DNA of 46,538 nt, from the NCBI GenBank assembly GCA_903873735.1, contig CAIQPO010000037.1, forward strand, positions 1 through 46,538, given 5' to 3'. A program made the translations under genes and the position numbers. Of this stretch, positions 29,727 to 37,672 are shown one piece after another. The stretch comes from Candidatus Collierbacteria bacterium. GTDB lineage: Bacteria > Patescibacteriota > Microgenomatia > UBA1400 > MFAQ01. Numbering within the stretch: position 1 is the stretch's first letter; every line of letters starts with the position of its first letter. Under the pieces are notes generated by a model. It saw only the letters and a list, made by a program, of their open reading frames with translations, did not search any database and was not told the origin of the DNA.

Positions 29727-30794
29727 TTACCACTTGGGTAAGAATGATTTGATGTTGTCTGGGGTGAGATGAACAGTCTTGGTTTGCCCAGTAACAACCA
29801 TATAAGCCACCTTACGAACAATACCGTCGATAGTGCGACCAAGAGTACGAATACCAGCGTCGTACCCTAGGGGGCGAATAATTTGAGGCCAAAGCTCAGG
29901 GTCGATGGTAATAACTGAAGCATCCATGCCTGCATTGGTAAGGGACTTGGGGAATAAAAATTCCTGGGCGATATGCATCTTTTCTTCGTCGGTATAGGAA
30001 GGCATTTGGATAGGCTCCAAACGGTCCATGACGGCTGTGGCAAGGTTCCCGGTGTTGTTGGCGGTGGCGATAAACATTACTTCAGATAAATCTACAGGGT
30101 AGTCAACAAAATGGTCGAGGAAGCGATTGTTTTGGTTTGGATCTAAGAGTTCAACCAGAACACCCATGATATCCATACGAGCTTCTTCTGTGACACGGTC
30201 GATTTCATCAAGAAGAATAATGGGGTTTTTTACTCCCGCATCACACATGGCACGGATAATATAGCCTGGTTCAGCCTCTACATGAAGCCTGGACTTTCCT
30301 CTTAGGTCCTGGGCAGAACCCAAACCTCCAAATGGAATACGCCCGATAGGTCTTCCGAGAGCTTCAGAAAGAGCATATGCGAAAGTTGTTTTTCCGGTGC
30401 CAACCAAACCAACAAGACAGATGATTGGAGCTCTGGCAGCACCCAAACCCTTGGTGGATCTTAGCTTGAGGATTGACATGTACTCAATAATGCGTTCTTT
30501 GACGATGTCCATTCCATAGTGGGATTTGTCCATGGAATCTCTTATTGATGTGAGATCAATTGGTTTCTCTACTCTACCTTGCCAGGGTACTTTTACAATC
30601 CAGTCGAGGTAATGACTAACTTTCTCGAACTCTTCGGAGTAGAAGCCTTGAGAAAACATTCTTTCAAGCCTTGCCACCATACCAGAAGCCTTTTCTTTTA
30701 GCTCTGGAGGAAGCTCAACAGAGTTTAGTTTTTTATTTAGCTGTTCTAGATCTCTTTGAGCGGCATTGGTTGAAGTACTGGCAGTATTGTCCAC
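29727..30794 (-). CDS. Lon-family AAA+ ATPase lacking the Lon N-domain and protease domain
   Basis: HYLDWIVKVPW, DKSHYGMDIVKERIIEY, Walker A GLVGTGKT, Walker B ILLDEID, LLDPNQNNRFLDH, DRLE, GIRTL; ends at FLPKW. Confidence 0.88.
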   Translation of the reverse strand: MDNTASTSTNAAQRDLEQLNKKLNSVELPPELKEKASGMVARLERMFSQGFYSEEFEKVSHYLDWIVKVPWQGRVEKPIDLTSIRDSMDKSHYGMDIVKERIIEYMSILKLRSTKGLGAARAPIICLVGLVGTGKTTFAYALSEALGRPIGRIPFGGLGSAQDLRGKSRLHVEAEPGYIIRAMCDAGVKNPIILLDEIDRVTEEARMDIMGVLVELLDPNQNNRFLDHFVDYPVDLSEVMFIATANNTGNLATAVMDRLEPIQMPSYTDEEKMHIAQEFLFPKSLTNAGMDASVITIDPELWPQIIRPLGYDAGIRTLGRTIDGIVRKVAYMVVTGQTKTVHLTPDNIKSFLPKW

Positions 30795-30821
30795 AATTTC
30801 ATTATATATAAAGATTAAGAC

Positions 30822-30845
30822 AAAAGAGGCCGGTTTCCCGGCCTC
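30822..30845 (-). terminator. Intrinsic terminator of pnp
   Basis: GAGGCCGG-GAAA-CCGGCCTC-TTTT on the minus strand. Confidence 0.85.
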
Positions 30846-30850
30846 GATTG

Positions 30851-32998
30851 TTATCTATTATCTCTAAATTTGCGATAACTTGGTCTGTCTGGTCTACCTT
30901 GACCAGAACCTCCCTGAAAATCTCTTCTAGGTTGTGGAGGTATTGGTTTCTCACCTTCCTTAAGAGTGGTGAGGTTTACCCTACCTAGGTCATCAACCTC
31001 TCTAACTCTCACCTCTAGCTTATCTCCAACCTTTAGGGTTCGATAAGTGTCAGGGTGGATTTGAGAAATGTGTACCAGTCCATCTTTCCCAGGAAGAATA
31101 TTAACAAAGGCTCCGAAGGCTTCGATTCTAGCTACTGTGCCTTGATATGTGGCACCAATCTCGGCTTCAGCAACTAAACTATCAATGTAAGCTCTGGCTC
31201 CATCAACTTTTGATTGATCTGTGCCTGTGACTGTAACTTTTCCAGTATCGTCTATGTCTACTTCTACTCCGAAGTCTGCTTGAATCTGGCGAATTGTTTT
31301 ACCACCTGATCCAATGATTTCACCAATTCTGTCTTCAGGAACTTTGGTGGACACTATCTTGGGTGCATACTGACTAAGCGATTGTCTGGGTTTATCTATG
31401 ATTGCAGTCATTTTAGACAAAATTTCCAGTCTTCCTCTTTTGGCTTGGTCAATGGCTGTGCCAAGAACTGATGCATTTATACCGGGAACTTTCACATCCA
31501 TCTGAAGGGCGGTGATACCGTCTGAGGTACCAGCTACTTTGAAATCCATATCTCCAAGATGGTCTTCTAGTCCACAAATGTCAGTGAGAGTGATGAATTG
31601 TTTTTCATCAGTGATCAAACCCATGGCGACACCAGCAACTGGCTTGGAAATTGGTACACCAGCATCCATAAGGGCTAGGGTAGAGCCACAAACTGATGCT
31701 TGTGAGGTAGAACCATTTGAGCTTAAAACTTCAGATACCACTCTAATTGCGTATGGGAAAACATCTTCTTGAGGTAATACTGGGAGAAGAGCTCTTTCAG
31801 CGAGTGCTCCATGTCCGATTTCTCTTCTTCCTGTTCCTGGTCTTCCAACTTCACCAGAGGCAAATCCAGGCATGTTGTAGTGATGCATATATCTCTTGGT
31901 TGACTCACCTTTCATACCTTCTAGTAGCTGGGATCTGGCTGGTGAAGCGAGTGTAGCAACAGATAGCACGTGAGTGAGACCTCTTTGGAAGTATCCAGAA
32001 CCATGAGTTCTTGGAAGAAGTCCAACTTCTACATTGATTGGGCGAATTTCTTCAACCTGTCTGCCATCTGGTCTGACCTTGGTGTCGAGAATCTGCTTTC
32101 TGGCGATATCGCGAAGCAGATCATGAGCAACCTCTTTGATGTCATTTGGGTTTATTTCAGGATGGGAAGTGCAGATAGTAGTGGTTAAGTCTGACAATTG
32201 AGTACCAGTTTTGGTGGCTTCGTTTTTTAGGATTTCTGTGAGATCTCCAAGCTCCTTCTCTACCAATTTCTTAACATCGTCTGCAATAACTTTAGGAGTG
32301 AGGGTAACTTTCTCTTTACCGTGAGCTTTGGCAAAGTCGTTTATAGTACTAACGATTAAATCAATATATGATTGAGCTGCATTTAAGGCGCCAATCATTT
32401 TTTCTTCACTGACTTCTTTGGCACCAGCCTCAACCATGGAAATACTACCTGCGGGACCAGAAACTACCAAGTCAAGGAGTGACGTTTCTTTTTCTGTGTT
32501 GCTTGGGTTGATGAGATATTCACCATTAGCGTTTAGTCCAATTCTTACAGCTCCAACGGGTCCTTGCCAAGGATAGTGAGAAACTGCAACAGCCGCAGAA
32601 GCAGCGATTACAGCTAAGATTTCTGGTTCTTCCTGACCATCTATGGATAGAGGGTAGGAGATTATTTGAACATCGTTTCTTGAAGATTGATCAAAAAGAG
32701 GGCGTAGAGATCTGTCGATTAGTCTGCCGGTTAGAATTTCATTTTCTGAAGGTCTACCTTCACGTTTAATGAAGCGATTTGAGCTAATTACTCCTCCTGC
32801 GTAGTGTTTTTCTTGGTATTCAATCGAGAGAGGGAAGTAGTCGATACCTTCTCTGGGATTGCCTGCAGTAACTGCAGCAAAAACAACAGTATCGCCACAT
32901 GTGACTGTGACAGCACCGGAACTTTGGGCACCAAAGTGACCAGTTTCAATAATTATTTTTTTACCATTGAGGTCAATGGTGGTTTGGGGGTAGGACAT
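30851..32998 (-). CDS. pnp: Polynucleotide phosphorylase
   Basis: FIKREGRP, RLIDRSLRP, RREIGHG, SNGSTSQAS, GDMDFKVAGT, KH and S1 domains. Confidence 0.98.
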   Translation of the reverse strand: MSYPQTTIDLNGKKIIIETGHFGAQSSGAVTVTCGDTVVFAAVTAGNPREGIDYFPLSIEYQEKHYAGGVISSNRFIKREGRPSENEILTGRLIDRSLRPLFDQSSRNDVQIISYPLSIDGQEEPEILAVIAASAAVAVSHYPWQGPVGAVRIGLNANGEYLINPSNTEKETSLLDLVVSGPAGSISMVEAGAKEVSEEKMIGALNAAQSYIDLIVSTINDFAKAHGKEKVTLTPKVIADDVKKLVEKELGDLTEILKNEATKTGTQLSDLTTTICTSHPEINPNDIKEVAHDLLRDIARKQILDTKVRPDGRQVEEIRPINVEVGLLPRTHGSGYFQRGLTHVLSVATLASPARSQLLEGMKGESTKRYMHHYNMPGFASGEVGRPGTGRREIGHGALAERALLPVLPQEDVFPYAIRVVSEVLSSNGSTSQASVCGSTLALMDAGVPISKPVAGVAMGLITDEKQFITLTDICGLEDHLGDMDFKVAGTSDGITALQMDVKVPGINASVLGTAIDQAKRGRLEILSKMTAIIDKPRQSLSQYAPKIVSTKVPEDRIGEIIGSGGKTIRQIQADFGVEVDIDDTGKVTVTGTDQSKVDGARAYIDSLVAEAEIGATYQGTVARIEAFGAFVNILPGKDGLVHISQIHPDTYRTLKVGDKLEVRVREVDDLGRVNLTTLKEGEKPIPPQPRRDFQGGSGQGRPDRPSYRKFRDNR

Positions 32999-32999
32999 G

Positions 33000-33092
33000 G
33001 CCTATTCCTTTCTTTCATAGGCGCCTCTGCTTCCTTGAGAAGAAAACAGAAGATACTCGCAACACCACCCTGGTTTTTACCAAGGAAGCGGA
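33000..33092 (-). promoter_or_regulatory. Structured rpsO-pnp intergenic leader
   Basis: 9-bp inverted repeat GCTTCCTTG/CAAGGAAGC (33029-33037 with 33081-33089) and hairpin GCCTAT/ATAGGC (33000-33022) next to the ATG. Confidence 0.6.
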
Positions 33093-33115
33093 TATTCTCT
33101 ATTTACTCCTCAAGC

Positions 33116-33406
33116 TTATTTAGCCGAGTCGCGTAGCTGACTGTTAATGTTTAGGTTTTTGGTAATTTCGGTATAGTCGGTGGAGTTGGATTTACTTAAG
33201 TAGTTTAGAAGTCTACGTCTCTTGGAGATGATTTTAAGAAGTCCTCTTCGGGAATGGTTGTCTTTTTTGTGGACCTTTAAGTGGTTAGTTAGCTCGTCGA
33301 TTTGAGCAGTGAGGAGAGCTATTTGGACGCGAGGAGAACCAGTGTCTTTGTCACTGGCAGCAAATTTCTTAATGATATCGATTTTGGTGTCTGTTTTTAA
33401 AGCCAT
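33116..33406 (-). CDS. rpsO: 30S ribosomal protein S15
   Basis: [33 protein letters not shown]; start set at ATG 33406; promoter TTGGCA-17-TACAAT ends 12 nt upstream. Confidence 0.97.
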   Translation of the reverse strand: MALKTDTKIDIIKKFAASDKDTGSPRVQIALLTAQIDELTNHLKVHKKDNHSRRGLLKIISKRRRLLNYLSKSNSTDYTEITKNLNINSQLRDSAK

Positions 33407-33459
33407 ATTCAAGGGTGTATTGTATCAGAGTCAATAGTTTTTGCCAACTATGTAATGAC

Positions 33460-33485
33460 AAAAAAAGGAGGGCATGGCCCTCCTT
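33460..33485 (-). terminator. Intrinsic terminator of cassette D
   Basis: Stem AAGGAGGGC/GCCCTCCTT followed by a T-run on the minus strand. Confidence 0.88.
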
Positions 33486-33493
33486 GAGTTGAG

Positions 33494-33928
33494 TTATTTA
33501 AAGATTCCGGTTTTTTCCCAGAATAATGATAGATCACCCACATCTTCAACATACAGACCGAACAGGCCAAATTCTGGGTGCTGGCTGAAGTCGTAGTGAG
33601 GCGACCAGGGCTCTCCGTAGCGGATGTCGATGCCGGTGAGCCTTGACCCGAAGTAGGCGCTCAAGACATTGGAGAAGCTGTAATTGCCACGAAGGCAGTA
33701 TGCCTTACCCGCTTCGTTGAAACAATGCTCCTCATCGGGATACAGCACATAGTCAGTACCATTGTGGTCGGAGACCCAGTACACTGCAGAGATATTTGTA
33801 GGTGAATGGAAATCCGGCTGGTAGCCAAGGTACTTATCTTTGATCTTCAACCCTAGCAGGAGAAGTATCAGCATGGCGAAGATTACGATGAAAAAACAAA
33901 TCCAGGCGAGAAGATCTTTTCGTGTCAT
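33494..33928 (-). CDS. Orphan 144-aa membrane-anchored protein (cassette D)
   Basis: Start revised to ATG 33928 (MTRKDLLAWICFFIV...) 5 nt after SD GGAGGT; N-terminal TM, aromatic-rich domain with a Cys pair. Confidence 0.78.
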   Translation of the reverse strand: MTRKDLLAWICFFIVIFAMLILLLLGLKIKDKYLGYQPDFHSPTNISAVYWVSDHNGTDYVLYPDEEHCFNEAGKAYCLRGNYSFSNVLSAYFGSRLTGIDIRYGEPWSPHYDFSQHPEFGLFGLYVEDVGDLSLFWEKTGIFK

Positions 33929-33933
33929 TTGTG

Positions 33934-33998
33934 ACCTCCAGACTTGAGTAAAGGTACAAGAATGCGTCCATTCTAGCACGAAATTGGTAAAATTGCAA
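33934..33998 (-). promoter_or_regulatory. Cassette D promoter, leader motif and SD
   Basis: TTGCAA (33998-33993)-17 nt-TAGAAT (33975-33970); GTACCTTTACTC (33957-33946); GGAGGT (33939-33934). Confidence 0.78.
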
Positions 33999-34009
33999 AC
34001 TATGGGATA

Positions 34010-34894
34010 TTACTTTGCTGCAGGAAAATCTCCGCCTCTGAATATTTTTGGCCTTTTCCAGTCTGAGGGGATTGGGGCTTCTGTTTGAGAATCTTCTGGT
34101 GGGGTATGTGGAGCAAATGGTGAGTCAAAAAAGGCTGGCTGGTTTAGTTTGGAAATGGAGCTATGCTGGCTTGGAAGTCGACCGCCATGTTTCATTAAGA
34201 GGGAAATAGAGGAAAATGTTTCTGGAGATGTTTTTGCGGAAGTGAGATTTGTAGTGGCAGAGTAAATTGCATTGATCAGCTCTGAGGCTGACTCTTGAGG
34301 TATGTCTAGTGAGGCACTTTCGATAACAAGGGCGATTAGTTCTGAATAAGAGTTGTAGGAGTAGTGAAGTGACTGGCAGGCAAACTGGGCTGGTCGGGGG
34401 TTGTTGCTAATTGAAAGTATATTGGCAGAATCGATATAGATCTTTTCTTCAGAGTAGATTCTACCCAACTCTTCGAGTGAAAAAATACCGAGCACGATAG
34501 CTAGATCTGCATCAGCACCTGAATAAGTAAATTTGGCGGAGGATATATCAGGGACAGGGGCATTAGCTTTAGGCTTAACAACTAAATAAAATCTACCATC
34601 GTCTTTGATATCATAGTCAACTTTTTCAAGATCTGATTCTTGGTAGTCGAAGGAGATTATTAGGTTTTTAGAGCCAATGGAATCCTTTATGTGCTCAATT
34701 CCATAAATATTTAGAGACGACAGTATTGTTTCACATCCGATCTGGGATTCTTTACCAGATTGATTCAAGGACAGATGAAGAGTAAGGGCGGCAGAAACCT
34801 GGTCTTGAGTAGGCTCCGGAGGTAGGATAATGACGATCTTTTTGGCTGATTTTATTGACTGGGCGGCTTGATTGATTGCGTCTTCAAGATTCAT
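34010..34894 (-). CDS. Degenerate DHH/NrnA-like phosphoesterase homolog
   Basis: Layout IKSAKKIVIILP..DQVSAALTL, ADLAIVLG, SYSELI, IYSATTNL; located after infB; DxD and DHH motifs absent. Confidence 0.65.
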   Translation of the reverse strand: MNLEDAINQAAQSIKSAKKIVIILPPEPTQDQVSAALTLHLSLNQSGKESQIGCETILSSLNIYGIEHIKDSIGSKNLIISFDYQESDLEKVDYDIKDDGRFYLVVKPKANAPVPDISSAKFTYSGADADLAIVLGIFSLEELGRIYSEEKIYIDSANILSISNNPRPAQFACQSLHYSYNSYSELIALVIESASLDIPQESASELINAIYSATTNLTSAKTSPETFSSISLLMKHGGRLPSQHSSISKLNQPAFFDSPFAPHTPPEDSQTEAPIPSDWKRPKIFRGGDFPAAK

Positions 34895-34898
34895 ATTG

Positions 34899-36299
34899 TT
34901 ACTCTTCTATGCTTTGATAAGAGATTATATCACCAGGCTTCAGTTCTATCTGTGGTTCGATTACCATACCAAATTCTTCATCTTTTTTAACTTCGTCTAC
35001 ATCTTTCTTATTTGCCTTGAGAGAAATGATTTTTGATCCCTGGACCAAATCTCCAATTTTGATTTTTCCACTAACACAGAGACAACCAAAAACGATGACT
35101 GCTCCAAAATTGAATACTTTGAGAACCTTTGCCTGTCCGTTTTCTACCAACTTGGGTGCCATTTCAGACTGTTTTTTCTCCTTGATTTCAGAGATATAGT
35201 CAAAAAGTTGATAAATAATTCTAAAATTGGAAAATTTTACCTTTTCAACTTCTGCCAACTTGGCTACCGGTGATGACATTTTGGTATTAAAACCGATTAT
35301 TTCAGCACCTGAAGCCGCTGCATTGGCAATATCAGTATCAGTAACAAGTCCTACCTGGGAAGAGATAATATTCACCTGGTCTTTGATGGCTGAGACAATG
35401 GCTTCAAGTGACCCCTGAACATCAGCCTTAAGAATAATGTTGGGTAAATCAATTGATTGATCTGATTGGGTGGCAATAATTGCCGACTCTAACCTTTCCG
35501 ATGGGCTGGCAGCAATTATCTCCCCAACATCTGGAACTTTGGAAAAGCCAATAATTTGCACAGGTGTTGATGGGGAGGCAGTCACGACAGTTTTTCCTGA
35601 GTAGTCAATCATTGACCTAATTTTCCCGATGTTTTGATTTCCAAGATATAAGTCGTCGTTTTTCTTGAAGGTCCCCAATTTCACTAGCAAGGTAGCAAGC
35701 GGGCCTTTTTGAGGGTGAAGAGATGACTCAACCACAAGAGCTGAAGCAGGGTCCACATTTGAAGTATCTTTTAGTTCCTCAAGCTCTGCTAGGAGAAGAA
35801 TTACTTCAAGCAAGTCATCTACGCCTTGACCTGACTTTGCGGAGATGTGAACAATGGGAACATTGCCACCATAACCCTCAACATAAACTCCACAGTTGGC
35901 TAAATCTGCTTTGATCTTTTCGGTATTCGCACCAGGCAGATCCACTTTGTTGACAGCAACCACAAAGGGGATTTTGGCGTTTTTTATATGTTCGATTGAC
36001 TCTCTTGTCTGAGGCATAACAGAGTCATCTGCAGCGACTATTAGGATGGCAACATCTGCTGCTTTACCACCTCTGGCTCTCATGGCGGAAAAAGCGGCAT
36101 GACCTGGGGTGTCAATAAATGTAATTGGTTTGCCGTTGTGCTCTATCTGGTACGCGCCTATTGCTTGGGTAATACCTCCAATTTCTCCAGCAGCCACATT
36201 GGCATGACGAATTCTGTCGAGCAGGGAGGTCTTTCCATGATCAACATGACCTAAAATAGTAACTACCGGCGGGCGGGTAGCCTTGGTTTCGTTTGCCAT
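34899..36299 (-). CDS. infB: Translation initiation factor IF-2 (minimal, no N-domain)
   Basis: [52 protein letters not shown]. Confidence 0.97.
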   Translation of the reverse strand: MANETKATRPPVVTILGHVDHGKTSLLDRIRHANVAAGEIGGITQAIGAYQIEHNGKPITFIDTPGHAAFSAMRARGGKAADVAILIVAADDSVMPQTRESIEHIKNAKIPFVVAVNKVDLPGANTEKIKADLANCGVYVEGYGGNVPIVHISAKSGQGVDDLLEVILLLAELEELKDTSNVDPASALVVESSLHPQKGPLATLLVKLGTFKKNDDLYLGNQNIGKIRSMIDYSGKTVVTASPSTPVQIIGFSKVPDVGEIIAASPSERLESAIIATQSDQSIDLPNIILKADVQGSLEAIVSAIKDQVNIISSQVGLVTDTDIANAAASGAEIIGFNTKMSSPVAKLAEVEKVKFSNFRIIYQLFDYISEIKEKKQSEMAPKLVENGQAKVLKVFNFGAVIVFGCLCVSGKIKIGDLVQGSKIISLKANKKDVDEVKKDEEFGMVIEPQIELKPGDIISYQSIEE

Positions 36300-36315
36300 A
36301 TGAAGTAGCTAATTT

Positions 36316-37530
36316 TTATTTGGCTTCGGGAGTCTTGTAGGCAGCCAATTGATTCTTGATTTTCTCTTGAGTTTTTGGTCCAACACCCTTTACCTCGTCG
36401 AGTCTGCCGGAAAGATCTTCAATTTTGGTAAGACCGGCTGTGACTAAGAGATTTCTGGTTTTTGTGTCTAGTCCGAGCTGGTCAATTTCATACTCCTCTT
36501 CACCAGTGGTGACGATGCTGGTTTCTGACCCAGCAGAATCGGAGACGATTCTTAGCTTGGTGTTGGTGAGCTTAGCAGCAAGTTTTACATTTTGTCCACC
36601 TCTACCAATAGCAAGAGATAGCTGATCAGCAGGAACAGTAACTATCGTTTCACCTGAGTCCTTGTCGTATTTGATGTTTAGACCTTCGGCTGGGGCGAGA
36701 GCAGCTTTTATATATTTATCTTTATCCTCGGAATATTGAATGATGTCGATTTTTTCATTATTGAGCTCAGTGATTACAGCTTGGACTCTAACTCCTTTTT
36801 GGCCAACACATGACCCAACTGGATCAACTCCAACTTGAGTAGACTCAACAGCAATTTTTGATCTACTCCCGGCTTCTCTTGCTACGGCCTTAACAATAAC
36901 ACTTCCAGCTGATACCTCTGGCACCTCTCTAGCAAAGAGACCTTCTAGAAGCTTTGGGTCAGCTCTTGAAATAATTATTTGTCTACCTTTTGGGGTTTCA
37001 GCAATTTCTTTTAAGAAAACACTAATACGGGAATTAAGTCGATAGAATTCAGAGTGAACTTGTTCTTCTTGAGGCATAACTCCAGTACCTTTCCCTAGAT
37101 CTATCACTACATTTCTGCCATCCATTCTTTGAACCATTCCAGTCATGACTTCACCGATGTGCTGTTCGTAGTCTGCAAGAATAGAGTCTCTCTCAGCCTC
37201 TCTTATAGTCTGGAGAATGACCTGCTTGGCAGCCTGGGCAGCGATTCTACCAAAGCCCGGAGGAGTGATTTCTTTTAGCTTTTTCTTTTCGTCACCTTCA
37301 TTTCCTACAAATACTCTAAACTGACCATTGTCAGGATCAACTTCGGCAGTAATTACCTTTCCTTCTTCCTCCAATTTTAAAGCTTGTTCTGGAAAATCTT
37401 TTTTAAATGAGGCCACTAAGGCACTGTTTATGGCAGAAAGAACTGTTTGAGTGGGGATGTTTCTCTCTGAACAAATTTGATTGATGGCAGCTGCAAATTC
37501 GGTTCTGGCTGTGAGCGCTTGTGTATCCAT
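36316..37530 (-). CDS. nusA: Transcription factor NusA
   Basis: FGRIAAQAAKQVI, EVPEV, AREAGSRSKIAV, SLAIGRGGQNVKLA; C-terminal HhH domain. Confidence 0.97.
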   Translation of the reverse strand: MDTQALTARTEFAAAINQICSERNIPTQTVLSAINSALVASFKKDFPEQALKLEEEGKVITAEVDPDNGQFRVFVGNEGDEKKKLKEITPPGFGRIAAQAAKQVILQTIREAERDSILADYEQHIGEVMTGMVQRMDGRNVVIDLGKGTGVMPQEEQVHSEFYRLNSRISVFLKEIAETPKGRQIIISRADPKLLEGLFAREVPEVSAGSVIVKAVAREAGSRSKIAVESTQVGVDPVGSCVGQKGVRVQAVITELNNEKIDIIQYSEDKDKYIKAALAPAEGLNIKYDKDSGETIVTVPADQLSLAIGRGGQNVKLAAKLTNTKLRIVSDSAGSETSIVTTGEEEYEIDQLGLDTKTRNLLVTAGLTKIEDLSGRLDEVKGVGPKTQEKIKNQLAAYKTPEAK

Positions 37531-37585
37531 AATTTAATATTGTATTGATTAACTTTTATTTTTTCTATTTAGGGTTGTTGATATG

Positions 37586-37659
37586 AAAACGGCGGAACCT
37601 CCTCCCGCCATAATTCACTAATCCAAGGGTATTATAACCAATTTTCACAGATGATTCAA
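37586..37659 (-). promoter_or_regulatory. nusA promoter and leader terminator-like hairpin
   Basis: TTGAAT-17 nt-TATAAT (37659-37631); hairpin ATGGCGGGA-GGAGG-TTCCGCCGT followed by TTT (37611-37586). Confidence 0.65.
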
Positions 37660-37672
37660 TGATTGGCCGATT

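Noticed and set aside
29612..29842. Frameshifted Lon protease domain after the ATPase
   Set aside because: The 76-aa ORF has no Lon_C motifs and the space is occupied by the convergent ATP-grasp gene
33929..33979. Extended N-terminus of the cassette D ORF
   Set aside because: Overlaps the -10 box and leader; the SD points to ATG 33928
37549..37611. 20-codon uORF (MAGGGSAVFISTTLNRKNKS) in the nusA leader
   Set aside because: No initiation signal or regulatory codon run; better explained as part of the hairpin
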